A stretch of DNA of 64,000 nt, taken from positions 6,494 to 70,493 of the forward strand of contig JBMYRC010000005.1 in the NCBI GenBank assembly GCA_049601975.1. Reading direction: 5' to 3'. How positions within the stretch are numbered: position 1 is the first letter of the stretch; the number at the start of each line of letters is the position of its first letter. Shown one piece after another: positions 49,254-58,870 of the stretch. The notes beneath the pieces are model-generated. The model was not told where the DNA came from. It did no database searches and saw only the letters and a list, made by a program, of their open reading frames with translations. This DNA comes from Alphaproteobacteria bacterium (GTDB lineage: Bacteria > Pseudomonadota > Alphaproteobacteria > UBA8366). Position numbers and translations under genes: made by a program.

Positions 49254-50171
49254 TTATGAGACCGGAAGGGACGCGGCGACGCTCGCGGCTTCACCAGCCG
49301 CACTCGCGAGCTGGCCGGAGTATCCCTGCCGCACCGCGCCCACCGCATAGACGCCTTCGACATTTGTGGCGAAGGAGGAATCTGTCTTCACGAAACCGGC
49401 GTCGTCGCAGTCCAACGATCCCGCTAAGAATTCCGTATTCGGCTTAAGGCCGACAAATACGAAGACGCCGGAGCATGCGAAATCTTCCGCATCACCACCG
49501 CCCGCAGGTATAAGTTTCACACCCTCGACACCATCGCTGCCGGTAATCTCGGAAACCAGGGTCTCCCAACGAAAGGTGAATTTAGGATTTTCAGCTGCGC
49601 GCGTAACGTAAGATTGTTTGGCCCGCAAACCGTTGCCGCGCGTCACCAAAGTGATCTCGCTGGCGTAATTCGCCAGATGCAATGCTTCCTGCAAAGCGGA
49701 ATCCCCGCCACCGACCACCACGACCTTCTGGTCGACAAAGAACCCGGCATCGCAATCCGCGCATTGCGAGACGCCGCGACCAAACAAACTCTCCTCACCA
49801 GGAACACCCAAGGATTTCAGACGGGCGCCCGACGCCAAAATAACATGCTTCGCCTTTTGGGCGCCCATACCTGTTGAGACGGTCTTAATATCACCATCAA
49901 CCGAAAGGGCCGTGGCCATGTCGGGTACAATTTCGACGCCCAGGTCCAGGATGGCTTCCAATTGTCCGGAGGCCAGCTCAGCGCCGCCGACCGTTCCCAT
50001 CGCAGGATAGCCGTCGAGCGCACTGACGTTTATCACCAGTCCACCCATATGGCCGCCTTCGTCGATACACACGACGGCCATGCCACGCAGCGCCGCATGA
50101 TGCGCCGCCGTCAGTCCTGCCATACCGCCACCGATCACCACCACATCGTATGGATCGCCAGGTCGCCTCAT
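49254..50171 (-). CDS. thioredoxin-disulfide-reductase-family flavoprotein
   Basis: 305 aa. DVVVIGGGMAGLTAA, redox-active CADC in SQCADCDAGFF, and VVVVGGGDSALQEALHL. Confidence 0.8.
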   Translation of the reverse strand: MRRPGDPYDVVVIGGGMAGLTAAHHAALRGMAVVCIDEGGHMGGLVINVSALDGYPAMGTVGGAELASGQLEAILDLGVEIVPDMATALSVDGDIKTVSTGMGAQKAKHVILASGARLKSLGVPGEESLFGRGVSQCADCDAGFFVDQKVVVVGGGDSALQEALHLANYASEITLVTRGNGLRAKQSYVTRAAENPKFTFRWETLVSEITGSDGVEGVKLIPAGGGDAEDFACSGVFVFVGLKPNTEFLAGSLDCDDAGFVKTDSSFATNVEGVYAVGAVRQGYSGQLASAAGEAASVAASLPVS

Positions 50172-51379
50172 TTTCGCATCTCCTCTTCAATCGGTTGCCA
50201 GCCGGACGGCAAGACAATCTCTTTCATAATACGACAATCGGGATATCCCCATGTTGGGAAATAAGCTTGCTGGGCAATTGGGATATCCCCGCCCGCGACC
50301 ACCAATGTTATTTGGTCCGGATCGGCGACGGGTGGTACCCTGCCTTCTTCGATCGCCGCGATGGCCCATGCGGGCCATTCCTTCGCCTTGCCCGCATTTC
50401 GATAAATCCAAAGCGATTTGAGCGTCTCGGACGATATGCGACCATTCTCATGCAGCCAACGGCGGGCATCGACCTTAGAAACACCTTCCTTCGCTAAAGC
50501 GGCCGCCGTGGCGGGAGAAATCGCCACTGTGACGACACCGCCATGGAGCCAAGAAAAAGCCGACGCGGCAGAGCCCATTACGCTTGCCACTTCCTCCAAT
50601 CCGCCGGTCACATTAATGGCACTTTCAGCCCGCAATACGGTGACGACATTTTGGTCCGCCCTGAAACCTTCATCCACGTGAAATGGTGTCCAGGGGCTTT
50701 GCGCCTCGTTTTCCGCAAAGCAGAGCGTATAGCGCCCCGGCTGCCCAAGCCCCGCGAAGGCGACAACCGCCGGCCAACCGCCACCGATATTCTGCATGAT
50801 CAGACGCAGTGCCCGCCCGATGGTCGCGTTGGCGCGCCAACCTGGTCCGAGACATCCAAATCCGTCGTTCATAACGATCTGCCGGGCAATCGGGCCGTTT
50901 ACCAGTATCAACGGCGTCACATTCTCGTCCGTTGTTTGTACACCGCGCAAATTAAAACCTGGTTCAGCAATCGCCTGAACTGCGGCCAGAACGATTGGAA
51001 AATAATCGGGACGGCAACCCGCCATAACCGCATTGATGGCGATCTTTTCGACCGAGGCGACACCCTTGAGCGGGTCCAACTCTCCAATTACCACATCGCG
51101 GGAGAGCGGGGAGTAGTCGAGCATTTCCTCAACCCGGCCCGTGGTCGGCGGCACAACCGGCAGCCCATCTGTCCATCCTCGAAGATCATAAAGCCGCGCG
51201 ACTTCACTGGCGGGATCTATACCGCGAACGACTTCGACGCGTTGGCGCGAGAATTCCGCAACCAGCGGCCATCTGTCCCCCATGTCTCGTTCTTCGACGC
51301 GGGCGCGCAGCGTGTCGTCAATCCAAGCCCCGGACGCAGTTTGTCCGGATGGGTTCAATATCCAAAGAGGTTCTGTCAT
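50168..51379 (-). CDS. conserved hypothetical protein (403 aa), first gene of an uncharacterised operon
   Basis: Clean ORF with host-like codon usage. ..GWTDGLPVVPPTTGRVEEML..EKIAINAVMAGCRPDYFPIVLAAVQAI.. I cannot recall a family match. ATGA overlap with the downstream TrxB-like gene. Confidence 0.6.
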   Translation of the reverse strand: MTEPLWILNPSGQTASGAWIDDTLRARVEERDMGDRWPLVAEFSRQRVEVVRGIDPASEVARLYDLRGWTDGLPVVPPTTGRVEEMLDYSPLSRDVVIGELDPLKGVASVEKIAINAVMAGCRPDYFPIVLAAVQAIAEPGFNLRGVQTTDENVTPLILVNGPIARQIVMNDGFGCLGPGWRANATIGRALRLIMQNIGGGWPAVVAFAGLGQPGRYTLCFAENEAQSPWTPFHVDEGFRADQNVVTVLRAESAINVTGGLEEVASVMGSAASAFSWLHGGVVTVAISPATAAALAKEGVSKVDARRWLHENGRISSETLKSLWIYRNAGKAKEWPAWAIAAIEEGRVPPVADPDQITLVVAGGDIPIAQQAYFPTWGYPDCRIMKEIVLPSGWQPIEEEMRK

Positions 51380-51454
51380 GCGATACGGTACTTTTTCATC
51401 GGCACCGTTGCTGATCTATGGCGAAATCGCCAAGCGGACAGTTTTACGCAGATT

Positions 51455-52705
51455 TTAGTCGGCGGCGTCACGCACGGCGTTTAGTTCGCGATCGTGCGTG
51501 CGGATGAACTCCTTGACCTTCGGCGCAATCTCCCGGCGCCATTTGCCGCCGTTAAAGACACCGTAATGTCCAACGCCTTTCTGCAAATGATACATCTTCT
51601 TTTCATCCGCCAGGTTCGGCGTGATATCGAGTGCCGCCTTCGTTTGGCCAATTCCGGAAATGTCATCGAGCTCGCCCTCAATACAAAGGATGGCGGTGTC
51701 GGTGATCTTCTCGGTTTTGACAGGGTGCCAGCGGTGCACCATCTCACCCTTCGGCAGGGCATGATCTTGAAACACCACCTTGACCGTCTGCAAATAGAAC
51801 TCAGCCGGTAAGTCCATGACCGAGCGATATTCCTCGTAAAAGGCGCGCTTGCGGTCGGCGGCGTCATCGTCACCTTGCACCAAATGCTGGAACAACTCGT
51901 GGTAAGACGCCACATGCTTATCGAAATTCATCGCGATGAAATTCGTCAGCTGTATGAAACCCGGATAAACCTTCCGAAATGCGCCGGGATAGGGCGGTGG
52001 GACGTCGACGACTACATGCCGCTCGAACCAATCGATACTATGTTCTTTGGCGAGCTTATTAACTTGGGTTGGGGATTTGCGGGTATCGATGGGTCCACCG
52101 ATCATCGTCAAGGACGCCGGCACACAATTGTCTTGCCAGCCTGACATAATCGACGTCGCGGCAAGCGCAGGAACCGACGGTTGGCAAACCGCCAACACAT
52201 GAGTATTCGGCCCTAGGAAATGTAGGAAATCGACCAGATAGTCGATATAATCGTCGAGATCGAAACTGTCGTCGACCGCAGGGATCATGCTGCTATCGCG
52301 CCAGTCGCTGACGTAGACGTCGTGATCAGGCAACATCGCCTCGACGGTACCGCGCACCAAAGTTGCGAAATGCCCGGAGAGCGGTGCAAGGATCAATAAT
52401 TTCGGATCATTGCGCTTTGCAGCGCGCTTGAAATGGGTCAGATCGCAATAGGTTCGCTCGATCGCGGTCTCGATTGTGATTTCTACCTTGCGACCGTCGA
52501 TTTCCGTCGAGTCGATATTCCACTCGGGTTTGCCGTAGCGCTGCGTGAAATGCCCCACCATATCGACCGCGGAGCCCATGATTCGACCGGCTGGCACATG
52601 GCTCAGCGGATTAAACGGGTTGTTCAGCGCGACTTTCGCGCCTTCCGCCATCAATTGAACAGGAGCAGCCCAAAGCCGCTGCATTTCATAGAGATAATAG
52701 AGCAT
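51455..52705 (-). CDS. phaZ: intracellular polyhydroxyalkanoate (PHB) depolymerase
   Basis: MLYYLYEMQRLWAAPVQLMAEGAKVALNNPFNPLSH..YGKPEWNIDST..IDGRKV.. is colinear with PhaZ of alphaproteobacteria. ATG 52705 is preferred over 52726. Confidence 0.85.
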   Translation of the reverse strand: MLYYLYEMQRLWAAPVQLMAEGAKVALNNPFNPLSHVPAGRIMGSAVDMVGHFTQRYGKPEWNIDSTEIDGRKVEITIETAIERTYCDLTHFKRAAKRNDPKLLILAPLSGHFATLVRGTVEAMLPDHDVYVSDWRDSSMIPAVDDSFDLDDYIDYLVDFLHFLGPNTHVLAVCQPSVPALAATSIMSGWQDNCVPASLTMIGGPIDTRKSPTQVNKLAKEHSIDWFERHVVVDVPPPYPGAFRKVYPGFIQLTNFIAMNFDKHVASYHELFQHLVQGDDDAADRKRAFYEEYRSVMDLPAEFYLQTVKVVFQDHALPKGEMVHRWHPVKTEKITDTAILCIEGELDDISGIGQTKAALDITPNLADEKKMYHLQKGVGHYGVFNGGKWRREIAPKVKEFIRTHDRELNAVRDAAD

Positions 52706-52776
52706 TCGCTGACTTTCCCATACCAATCAATACAGTCATTGTACAATGTCCATAGCTATAACAAAATGGATTTTTG

Positions 52777-52787
52777 CTGCGCTGCAC
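52777..52787. promoter_or_regulatory. possible PhaR-type operator half-palindrome upstream of phaZ
   Basis: CTGC-GCT-GCAC lies about 70 nt upstream of phaZ. It has one mismatch to the CTGC-N3-GCAG box I recall for Rhodobacter PhaR. Confidence 0.2.
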
Positions 52788-52836
52788 AACCCCGTTTTAG
52801 ATTTATTTTCTAAGGGTTAAGAAATACTTAACCATT

Positions 52837-54213
52837 TTATTCCGCAGCGCGGTAATCTTCGTCCAGAACTTTCTCTCGCATCGTGACGAATTCTTCCGCC
52901 GACGTTGGATGGATGCCGATCGTCGAATCGAAGGTCGCCTTAGTCGCGCCCGCTTTGAGCGCGATGCCGATCCCTTGAATGATCTCTCCCGCTTCGGGGC
53001 CGACCATATGGACGCCAAGAACCACATCCGTCTCCGGGTGTACGATCATCTTCATCAGGGTCCGCTCGTCCCGGCCCGTTAACGTGTGTTTCAGGGCCTT
53101 GAAGTCGGACATATAGACATCGACCTTGCCATGCTTATCCCGCGCTTGCGCCTCGGTCATACCAACGGTCCCAATGCTCGGTTGGCTGAAGACAGCGGTT
53201 GGAATATTCGAATAATCGACCGCGCCCGCCTTGTCGTTGAAAAGAGCATTCGCGACAACCATCCCTTCCGCCAAGGCCACCGGCGTCAGTTGCACCCGGT
53301 CTATGACATCGCCGAGGGCGTAAATCGACGGCACAGAGGTTTTGAAACCTTCATCAACGACAACCGCACCGCCTTTGCCTAATTCAACTCCCGCTTCCTC
53401 TAGACCAATGCCGCTCGAATTCGGCGCTCTACCGGTTGCATAGAGGATGACGTCGGTCCGCATCTGGGTTCCGTCCTCAAAGTCGGCAATCAACTCATCG
53501 CCGTCTTTCTCAATCCGCGCGATATTCGCGTTGAACCGAAGATCCACCTTTTGTTTGCGCATCTCATCGGCGAGATGATGTCGCACGTCTTCGTCGAATC
53601 CGCGCAGAAAATGCGGCCCACGATAAAGCTGCGTCACGTCAACGCCCAATCCATGAAAAACACCGGTCAATTCGACCGCGATGTAACCGCCGCCGACGAC
53701 GATGGCCCGCTTTGGAAATTTCTCCATGTGGAAAAACTCGTTCGAAGTGATCGCATGTTCCTTGCCCGGGATATCGGGCACCACCGGCCAACCACCGGTC
53801 GCGACCAGGATATACTTTGCGGTTACCTGCTTGCCGTCGACTTCGACCGTGTGCGGATCGACGACAGTCGCGCGCGCATTAAAAATATCGACCCCAGCAT
53901 TGCCGAGCATATTCTCGTAAATGCCATTGAGGCGGGTGATTTCCTTGTCTTTGTTGTCGCGCAAGGTTGGCCAATCGAATGTCGTCTCACCGACCGTCCA
54001 GCCGTATGCTGCCGCGTCTTCGAAATCATGCGCAAAATGAGATGCATAGACGAAGAGCTTCTTTGGGATACAGCCGACATTGACGCAAGTTCCGCCCATA
54101 TAGCGGTCTTCCGCCGCCGCGACCTTTGCGCCGAAATTCGCCGCGAAACGGGCCGCGCGAACGCCTCCCGATCCAATCCCGATCACAAACATATCGTAGT
54201 CAAACTCGGCCAT
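52837..54213 (-). CDS. gor: glutathione-disulfide reductase
   Basis: 458 aa. [30 protein letters not shown] redox-active disulfide, and the C-terminal HPTSAEE motif. Confidence 0.9.
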   Translation of the reverse strand: MAEFDYDMFVIGIGSGGVRAARFAANFGAKVAAAEDRYMGGTCVNVGCIPKKLFVYASHFAHDFEDAAAYGWTVGETTFDWPTLRDNKDKEITRLNGIYENMLGNAGVDIFNARATVVDPHTVEVDGKQVTAKYILVATGGWPVVPDIPGKEHAITSNEFFHMEKFPKRAIVVGGGYIAVELTGVFHGLGVDVTQLYRGPHFLRGFDEDVRHHLADEMRKQKVDLRFNANIARIEKDGDELIADFEDGTQMRTDVILYATGRAPNSSGIGLEEAGVELGKGGAVVVDEGFKTSVPSIYALGDVIDRVQLTPVALAEGMVVANALFNDKAGAVDYSNIPTAVFSQPSIGTVGMTEAQARDKHGKVDVYMSDFKALKHTLTGRDERTLMKMIVHPETDVVLGVHMVGPEAGEIIQGIGIALKAGATKATFDSTIGIHPTSAEEFVTMREKVLDEDYRAAE

Positions 54214-54281
54214 AGCACCCTTCTCCTCAATATCGTCCCATTCGCGTGGACGCGATTCTATATACTTTCCGTCATTCGAAT

Positions 54282-54316
54282 GAAACCTTGGAACGCTGCT
54301 CGTCCGCCAAGGTTTC
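54282..54316. other. perfect 10-bp inverted repeat (stem-loop) between the nitrile-hydratase operon and gor
   Basis: GAAACCTTGG (54282-54291), 15-nt spacer, CCAAGGTTTC (54307-54316). No U-tract on either strand. Confidence 0.5.
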
Positions 54317-54409
54317 GTGTCAGAATACCGAACCCGGTTCTCTCCCGTCGATCACCCTGTCTCAATACATTGATGCCGGAGGGAGTGATTTGGTTACGCG
54401 AGATGCGAT

Positions 54410-54784
54410 TTAGTCGGTATTTCGCTCCTGCGACAACTCAATCGGCGCGCCGTGCGGTGTCGCCAAGTAAGCGCGTCGCCATTCCTCTTTGCGCCGCGCC
54501 ATATCGGACACGCCCAGCAATCCCTTACTTGCGACAAGCGTCTCCAACGCATTAAGCCAATGTCGATAATAGGTGTCACCGAGGTCTCGGTCGCCATCAG
54601 CCTGTGCACGATCTATTTCGGACGCCAGGGTCGCCGCCCACTCAACCCACGTGAACACACCTGCCTCGTTCAACCGTACCGCCATCGCAAAGGCATGCGC
54701 TTCCCACGGCTCTCTGAAGACCGGCTCGCTGCCATCGCGCGGCATTCCCGCGAAGAGGTTTAAATCGGGGCCACGAGCGCTCAT
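54410..54784 (-). CDS. nitrile hydratase accessory/activator protein
   Basis: ..EPVFREPWEAHAFAMAVRLNEAGVFTWVEWAATLASEI.. is beta-subunit-like, as in NHase activators. ATG 54784 forms a TGATG overlap with the nthB stop. Confidence 0.8.
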   Translation of the reverse strand: MSARGPDLNLFAGMPRDGSEPVFREPWEAHAFAMAVRLNEAGVFTWVEWAATLASEIDRAQADGDRDLGDTYYRHWLNALETLVASKGLLGVSDMARRKEEWRRAYLATPHGAPIELSQERNTD

Positions 54785-55443
54785 CACACCGACTCCAGAT
54801 GCGACTCCCACAAATCGACCCGCACCAGGTCCAGGGAATTACCGTTGGCGCCCCACAGCTCATCACCGCCGAATTGAACGCTATAGAGATGCTGTCCCTC
54901 TTTCGTGCCATGCGCGTTTTTATCCGCGAAAATGTGGACACCGTGATCGAATTCAACCGTCCCGGTCTTCCCCCGCGCATATCGCGGCGCACGAGTATGG
55001 CCGTCCGGATGGATATTCACGACACGGACACGGTCACCCGGACGAAACCGCGGCTCCAGCGGGATATCCAGGGTCGCCGGCCCGCCCTTGGTGAGCGCAG
55101 ATTCCACATTCTTCGCCGCTAAAATTCGCACGCCGTCGGTTTTACCGATCGGCGCTGCCGTGCGCAATTCTTCTTCACTCACAAGCCCGGCTTCGACGAG
55201 CAGCGTTTCCAATCCTGCCAGCCAGTTTTCGTAATATGTATTGCGAAGATAGTCGGCCGGATGCTGTCGCTCACGCGCGTGGCGTCCTTGATCGATATTC
55301 CATTTGCCGAGAAAGCCCGCCGCCAGATTAAGCGCGAAGGCCCGCCGTTCCCATTCTGCATGGAATACGGGCTCTTCATTCTCCGGCTCCGGATGGATGG
55401 CTCCGAGACCGTGCATACCGCCCAAATCATGACCGCCATTCAT
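54784..55443 (-). CDS. nthB: nitrile hydratase beta subunit
   Basis: [30 protein letters not shown].. is typical of NHase beta. TGATG overlap with nthA. Confidence 0.9.
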   Translation of the reverse strand: MNGGHDLGGMHGLGAIHPEPENEEPVFHAEWERRAFALNLAAGFLGKWNIDQGRHARERQHPADYLRNTYYENWLAGLETLLVEAGLVSEEELRTAAPIGKTDGVRILAAKNVESALTKGGPATLDIPLEPRFRPGDRVRVVNIHPDGHTRAPRYARGKTGTVEFDHGVHIFADKNAHGTKEGQHLYSVQFGGDELWGANGNSLDLVRVDLWESHLESV

Positions 55444-56072
55444 CAGCTTTCACCCGGCGCCGGCGGTGACACGATCTCAACACCAATCATCGAGTTGCGC
55501 GTCACCAAGGCCTCCAATCGATCCGCGGCCCAATCCTCCGTACCCTCCGGCCGTAGGGGCAACACAAGATAGCGCATCTCCGCGGTCGAGTCCCAAACGC
55601 GGACTTCCATATCTTCCGGCAACTCGGTCCCAAACTCCCGTAACACGCCGCGCGGGTCCGCCACGACACGGGAGCGGTAAGGCGCGGCTTTGTACCAAAC
55701 AGGGGGCAATCCCAACACCGGCCACGGATAGCAAGAACACAAGGTGCAAACGACCACGTTATGGAGCGACGGCGTGTTCTCTACCGTCATCATGTGCTCG
55801 CCTTGGCGGCCGGTGAAACCAAAAGACGCGATCGCTTCCGTCGCATCTTCCAGAAGCCAAGCCTTATAGTCGGGCTCGGTCCAAGCTTTGGCGACGACCT
55901 TCGCGCCGTTGCGCGGCCCGACCTTATGCTCGTAGGTATCGATTAAGACATCGAGAGCCGCCGGATCGACCAATCCTTTTTCGACCAAAAGCGATTCGAT
56001 TGCTTTGACCCGCAACTCAAGATCGCTGGGGGGGTCGGTATGATCGCGATCGTGATCGTATGAATGCCCCAT
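55443..56072 (-). CDS. nthA: nitrile hydratase alpha subunit, cobalt type
   Basis: 209 aa. The metal-binding claw [14 protein letters not shown] has the Thr/Tyr variant characteristic of Co-type NHase. Confidence 0.9.
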   Translation of the reverse strand: MGHSYDHDRDHTDPPSDLELRVKAIESLLVEKGLVDPAALDVLIDTYEHKVGPRNGAKVVAKAWTEPDYKAWLLEDATEAIASFGFTGRQGEHMMTVENTPSLHNVVVCTLCSCYPWPVLGLPPVWYKAAPYRSRVVADPRGVLREFGTELPEDMEVRVWDSTAEMRYLVLPLRPEGTEDWAADRLEALVTRNSMIGVEIVSPPAPGES

Positions 56073-56081
56073 CCCTGCGTG

Positions 56082-57476
56082 CTACAATTCGTCGGAGCGC
56101 AGAACCATCATCTTCTCGATCTGCATTTCATGCATGGAGTAAGGAATGCCTCCAACACCGTGACCCGACTGCCGTGCGCCGGCGAACGGCATCCAATCGA
56201 CTCGGAAAGCCGTGTGCTCGTTGACCATTACCGCCGTCGCATCGATACGGTTATAGACACGCATCGCGGTGTCGATGTCCTTGGTCATGACCGCCGCCTG
56301 GAACGAGACGGGAAGCGAGTTCGCCTTCTCGATGGCGTCATCGATATCGTCATAAGAATAGACGCAAATGACCGGCCCAAAAATTTCCATCGTCGAAACG
56401 TTGGCGTCCTCCGGCGGGTTCAAGAGGACCGTCGGCTTGTAGCAGCTTTCCGATATCCGCTCACCGCCTGTCAAGCATTTCGCACCGCCTGCAATTGCCG
56501 CCTGCACCCATTCATCAACCCGGTCGACCTCAGCCGTACGAATCAACGGGCCCACTTCCGTGTCTCGGGATGTCGGATCGCCGACCTTCATCTTCGAACC
56601 CAGCTCAGCCAAGGTCACCGCTGCTTCCTCGGCGATCGAAGAGTGAGCGAAAATCCGTTGCACGGACACGCATACTTGACCGGCATGATAAAATCCGCCC
56701 TTGGCTAAACGCGGCAACGCATCGTCGAGATCGGCGTCCGCCGCCAATATCACCGGGGCCGCACCGCCGTGCTCAAGTGCGCAGCGCGTACCGGGCGCCA
56801 GTTTGGAGCGCAACATCCAACCGACACGCGCCGACCCAATGAAACTGAAAAAGGCATTTCGCGGATCGGACACCAACGCGGTCGCCACTTCTAAGTCCTG
56901 CGGCACCACGATCTGGCACCATTCTTTCGGCAGCCCGGCCTCGTATAGAATATTCACGAAAGCAAAGCAGGAGAGCGGCGTAATGTCCGCTGGTTTGACG
57001 ATGACGGGGCAGCCGACCGCAATGGCCGGCGTGACCTGATGAACGATCAAATTAAACGGATGATTGAAAGCGCTGACAGCTACTACCGGCCCGATTGGCT
57101 CAAATTGTGTAAACGCAATACGTCCGGTCGACGACGGGTTTAGGCTCATCGGAATGACCCGCCCCCCTTCCGCCCGCAACACCTCGACGCAATTCTCAAC
57201 GCCGTCTGCCGCCCGGTCAATTTCGACCAGTGAATCCATCAACGGCTTGCCGCCCTCACGCGCGGCTTCCAGCGCCAATTCCTCGCGGCGCTCCTTGATG
57301 ATCTCCGCGGCTCGTTTCAAAATTTCGATGCGTCGGGGTTTCGATAGCCAGCCGTCGCGGTCGCGATAGAGCGCATGCGCCTTCGCCAGAGCATTCTCGA
57401 CATCTTGCTGCGTTGCATTCGGCACAGATGAGATATCTGAACCGTCGAAAGGCGCTGTCACAGAAATATTAGTCAT
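56082..57476 (-). CDS. NAD(P)-dependent aldehyde dehydrogenase
   Basis: 464 aa. The EHGG (ALEHGGAAP) and GQVCVSVQR catalytic Glu/Cys regions fit the ALDH family. Confidence 0.85.
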   Translation of the reverse strand: MTNISVTAPFDGSDISSVPNATQQDVENALAKAHALYRDRDGWLSKPRRIEILKRAAEIIKERREELALEAAREGGKPLMDSLVEIDRAADGVENCVEVLRAEGGRVIPMSLNPSSTGRIAFTQFEPIGPVVAVSAFNHPFNLIVHQVTPAIAVGCPVIVKPADITPLSCFAFVNILYEAGLPKEWCQIVVPQDLEVATALVSDPRNAFFSFIGSARVGWMLRSKLAPGTRCALEHGGAAPVILAADADLDDALPRLAKGGFYHAGQVCVSVQRIFAHSSIAEEAAVTLAELGSKMKVGDPTSRDTEVGPLIRTAEVDRVDEWVQAAIAGGAKCLTGGERISESCYKPTVLLNPPEDANVSTMEIFGPVICVYSYDDIDDAIEKANSLPVSFQAAVMTKDIDTAMRVYNRIDATAVMVNEHTAFRVDWMPFAGARQSGHGVGGIPYSMHEMQIEKMMVLRSDEL

Positions 57477-57574
57477 GTTTTAAACCGCGTGATGTTGGAA
57501 TTTTGTTCACTATATCGTAGGGATCGTGACAATTGGTCGTATCCCTGATGACAGGGTAGGCAGATTAACCTTAA

Positions 57575-57973
57575 TTGCCAATCGCGGAATTACGAATTGC
57601 AGACCCGTCGACCGGAAATGGGACAAGCGCATTGAGTGACGAGACACCTCCAAAGGCAAAACCGTGGTTGCGTGCCTGCGTGAATTTCCGTGCGGGCAAC
57701 CGGCTGACGTCTTGCGGAGCCAAGAGAAGCCGAGAGATGGTCGCCGCCCTGGAGGCCGGCATCGCTTCACGCGGTCTTTCCTGGCAAATCGAGAAGGTAC
57801 ATTGCATGGGCAAATGTCATCTCGGGCCGACCATGCGCATTCTGCCCAATGGATCCTTCATCGTGGGCGCACGGGAGGCCGACGTCCCTCGAATACTCGA
57901 CTTGCTGGAGAACAACGACCTGAACGGTCTCGCGAACACCTATCCTCTACCACCTCAGGACCCCAATGGCTGA
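57575..57973 (+). CDS. thioredoxin-like [2Fe-2S] ferredoxin-domain protein
   Basis: Cys pattern ..ACVNFRAGNRLTSCGAK..VHCMGKCHLGP.. The start is uncertain (TTG 57575, or TTG near 57668). Confidence 0.6.
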   Translation: MPIAELRIADPSTGNGTSALSDETPPKAKPWLRACVNFRAGNRLTSCGAKRSREMVAALEAGIASRGLSWQIEKVHCMGKCHLGPTMRILPNGSFIVGAREADVPRILDLLENNDLNGLANTYPLPPQDPNG

Positions 57974-58685
57974 TCCCATTTGCCTCGATACCTTTGAAGG
58001 CGCATCAGTCCTCCTTCGGAGAACGAATCGCAAGAAATCGATCTCCCTCTCAATTCGAGATGGCGGCATCGTGATCTTAGCCCCAAAGCGGGTTACGGAT
58101 CGTGAAGTATACGATCTCATGGTTAAAAAGGCTCCATGGATTCTTTCCAAGTTGGCTAAACAAGCGACGTTACCGCATATCGCCGAACGGAAATTCATAG
58201 ACGGCGACATATTTTTATTTCTTGGCGAAGCATATCCGCTGCGCGTCATGGACGGCCCCAAAGCCAAAGCGGAACTCGAAGAAGGGGTGTTCATAGTCCA
58301 AGCCCGACGCGCCCATATTCAAGAGCGTCGCGCGCGGAGTGTTCGTGCGGCATTTTTACGTTGGTACAAAGAAGAAGCGGAAACCCTATTCACGGACCGG
58401 ACGAGTTACTACGCCGATCGGATGGGGGCTGCGCCGGGGCGCATCTTGTTCCGCGACTACAAAAGCATGTGGGGCAAATGCACGGTCCAGAGAGAGATTA
58501 CCTATAACTGGAAACTGGTAATGGCACCGCCACGAATCGTCGACTATGTGATCGTCCACGAATTAGCGCATCTGCATCATTTAAATCATTCGCGGGATTT
58601 TTGGAATTGTGTGGAGAAAGTGATCCCCGACCACAAGGCCCGGCGCAAATGGCTGAAGGATCACGGCCAAACTCTGACGATTTAG
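57966..58685 (+). CDS. YgjP/DUF45-family (M48-like) metal-dependent hydrolase
   Basis: 239 aa. WGKCTVQREITYNWKL and VIVHELAHLHHLNHSRDFW are hallmarks of the YgjP family. Confidence 0.85.
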   Translation: MADPICLDTFEGASVLLRRTNRKKSISLSIRDGGIVILAPKRVTDREVYDLMVKKAPWILSKLAKQATLPHIAERKFIDGDIFLFLGEAYPLRVMDGPKAKAELEEGVFIVQARRAHIQERRARSVRAAFLRWYKEEAETLFTDRTSYYADRMGAAPGRILFRDYKSMWGKCTVQREITYNWKLVMAPPRIVDYVIVHELAHLHHLNHSRDFWNCVEKVIPDHKARRKWLKDHGQTLTI

Positions 58686-58870
58686 TTCGACGTCAGATCA
58701 GGTAACCCATGGCCTGTTTCGATGAGATTCGATCCAACCCCAATCCAAAGTCATCATTCTCTCCAGATAAATAATAAAATTCGAGAAACGCCAGATATTG
58801 TCTGCGGGTCGCTGGTGGAAGGAAGCGAATCGGGTTAAACATTAGGCTTCGCAAAAAGGGAGATTTAACC

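Noticed and set aside
52815-52833. The hairpin GGTTAAG-AAATA-CTTAACC just after the gor stop, considered as the gor terminator.
   Set aside because: The stem is AT-rich, and the U-tract is on the plus strand, not on the gor (minus) strand. That is too weak to call.
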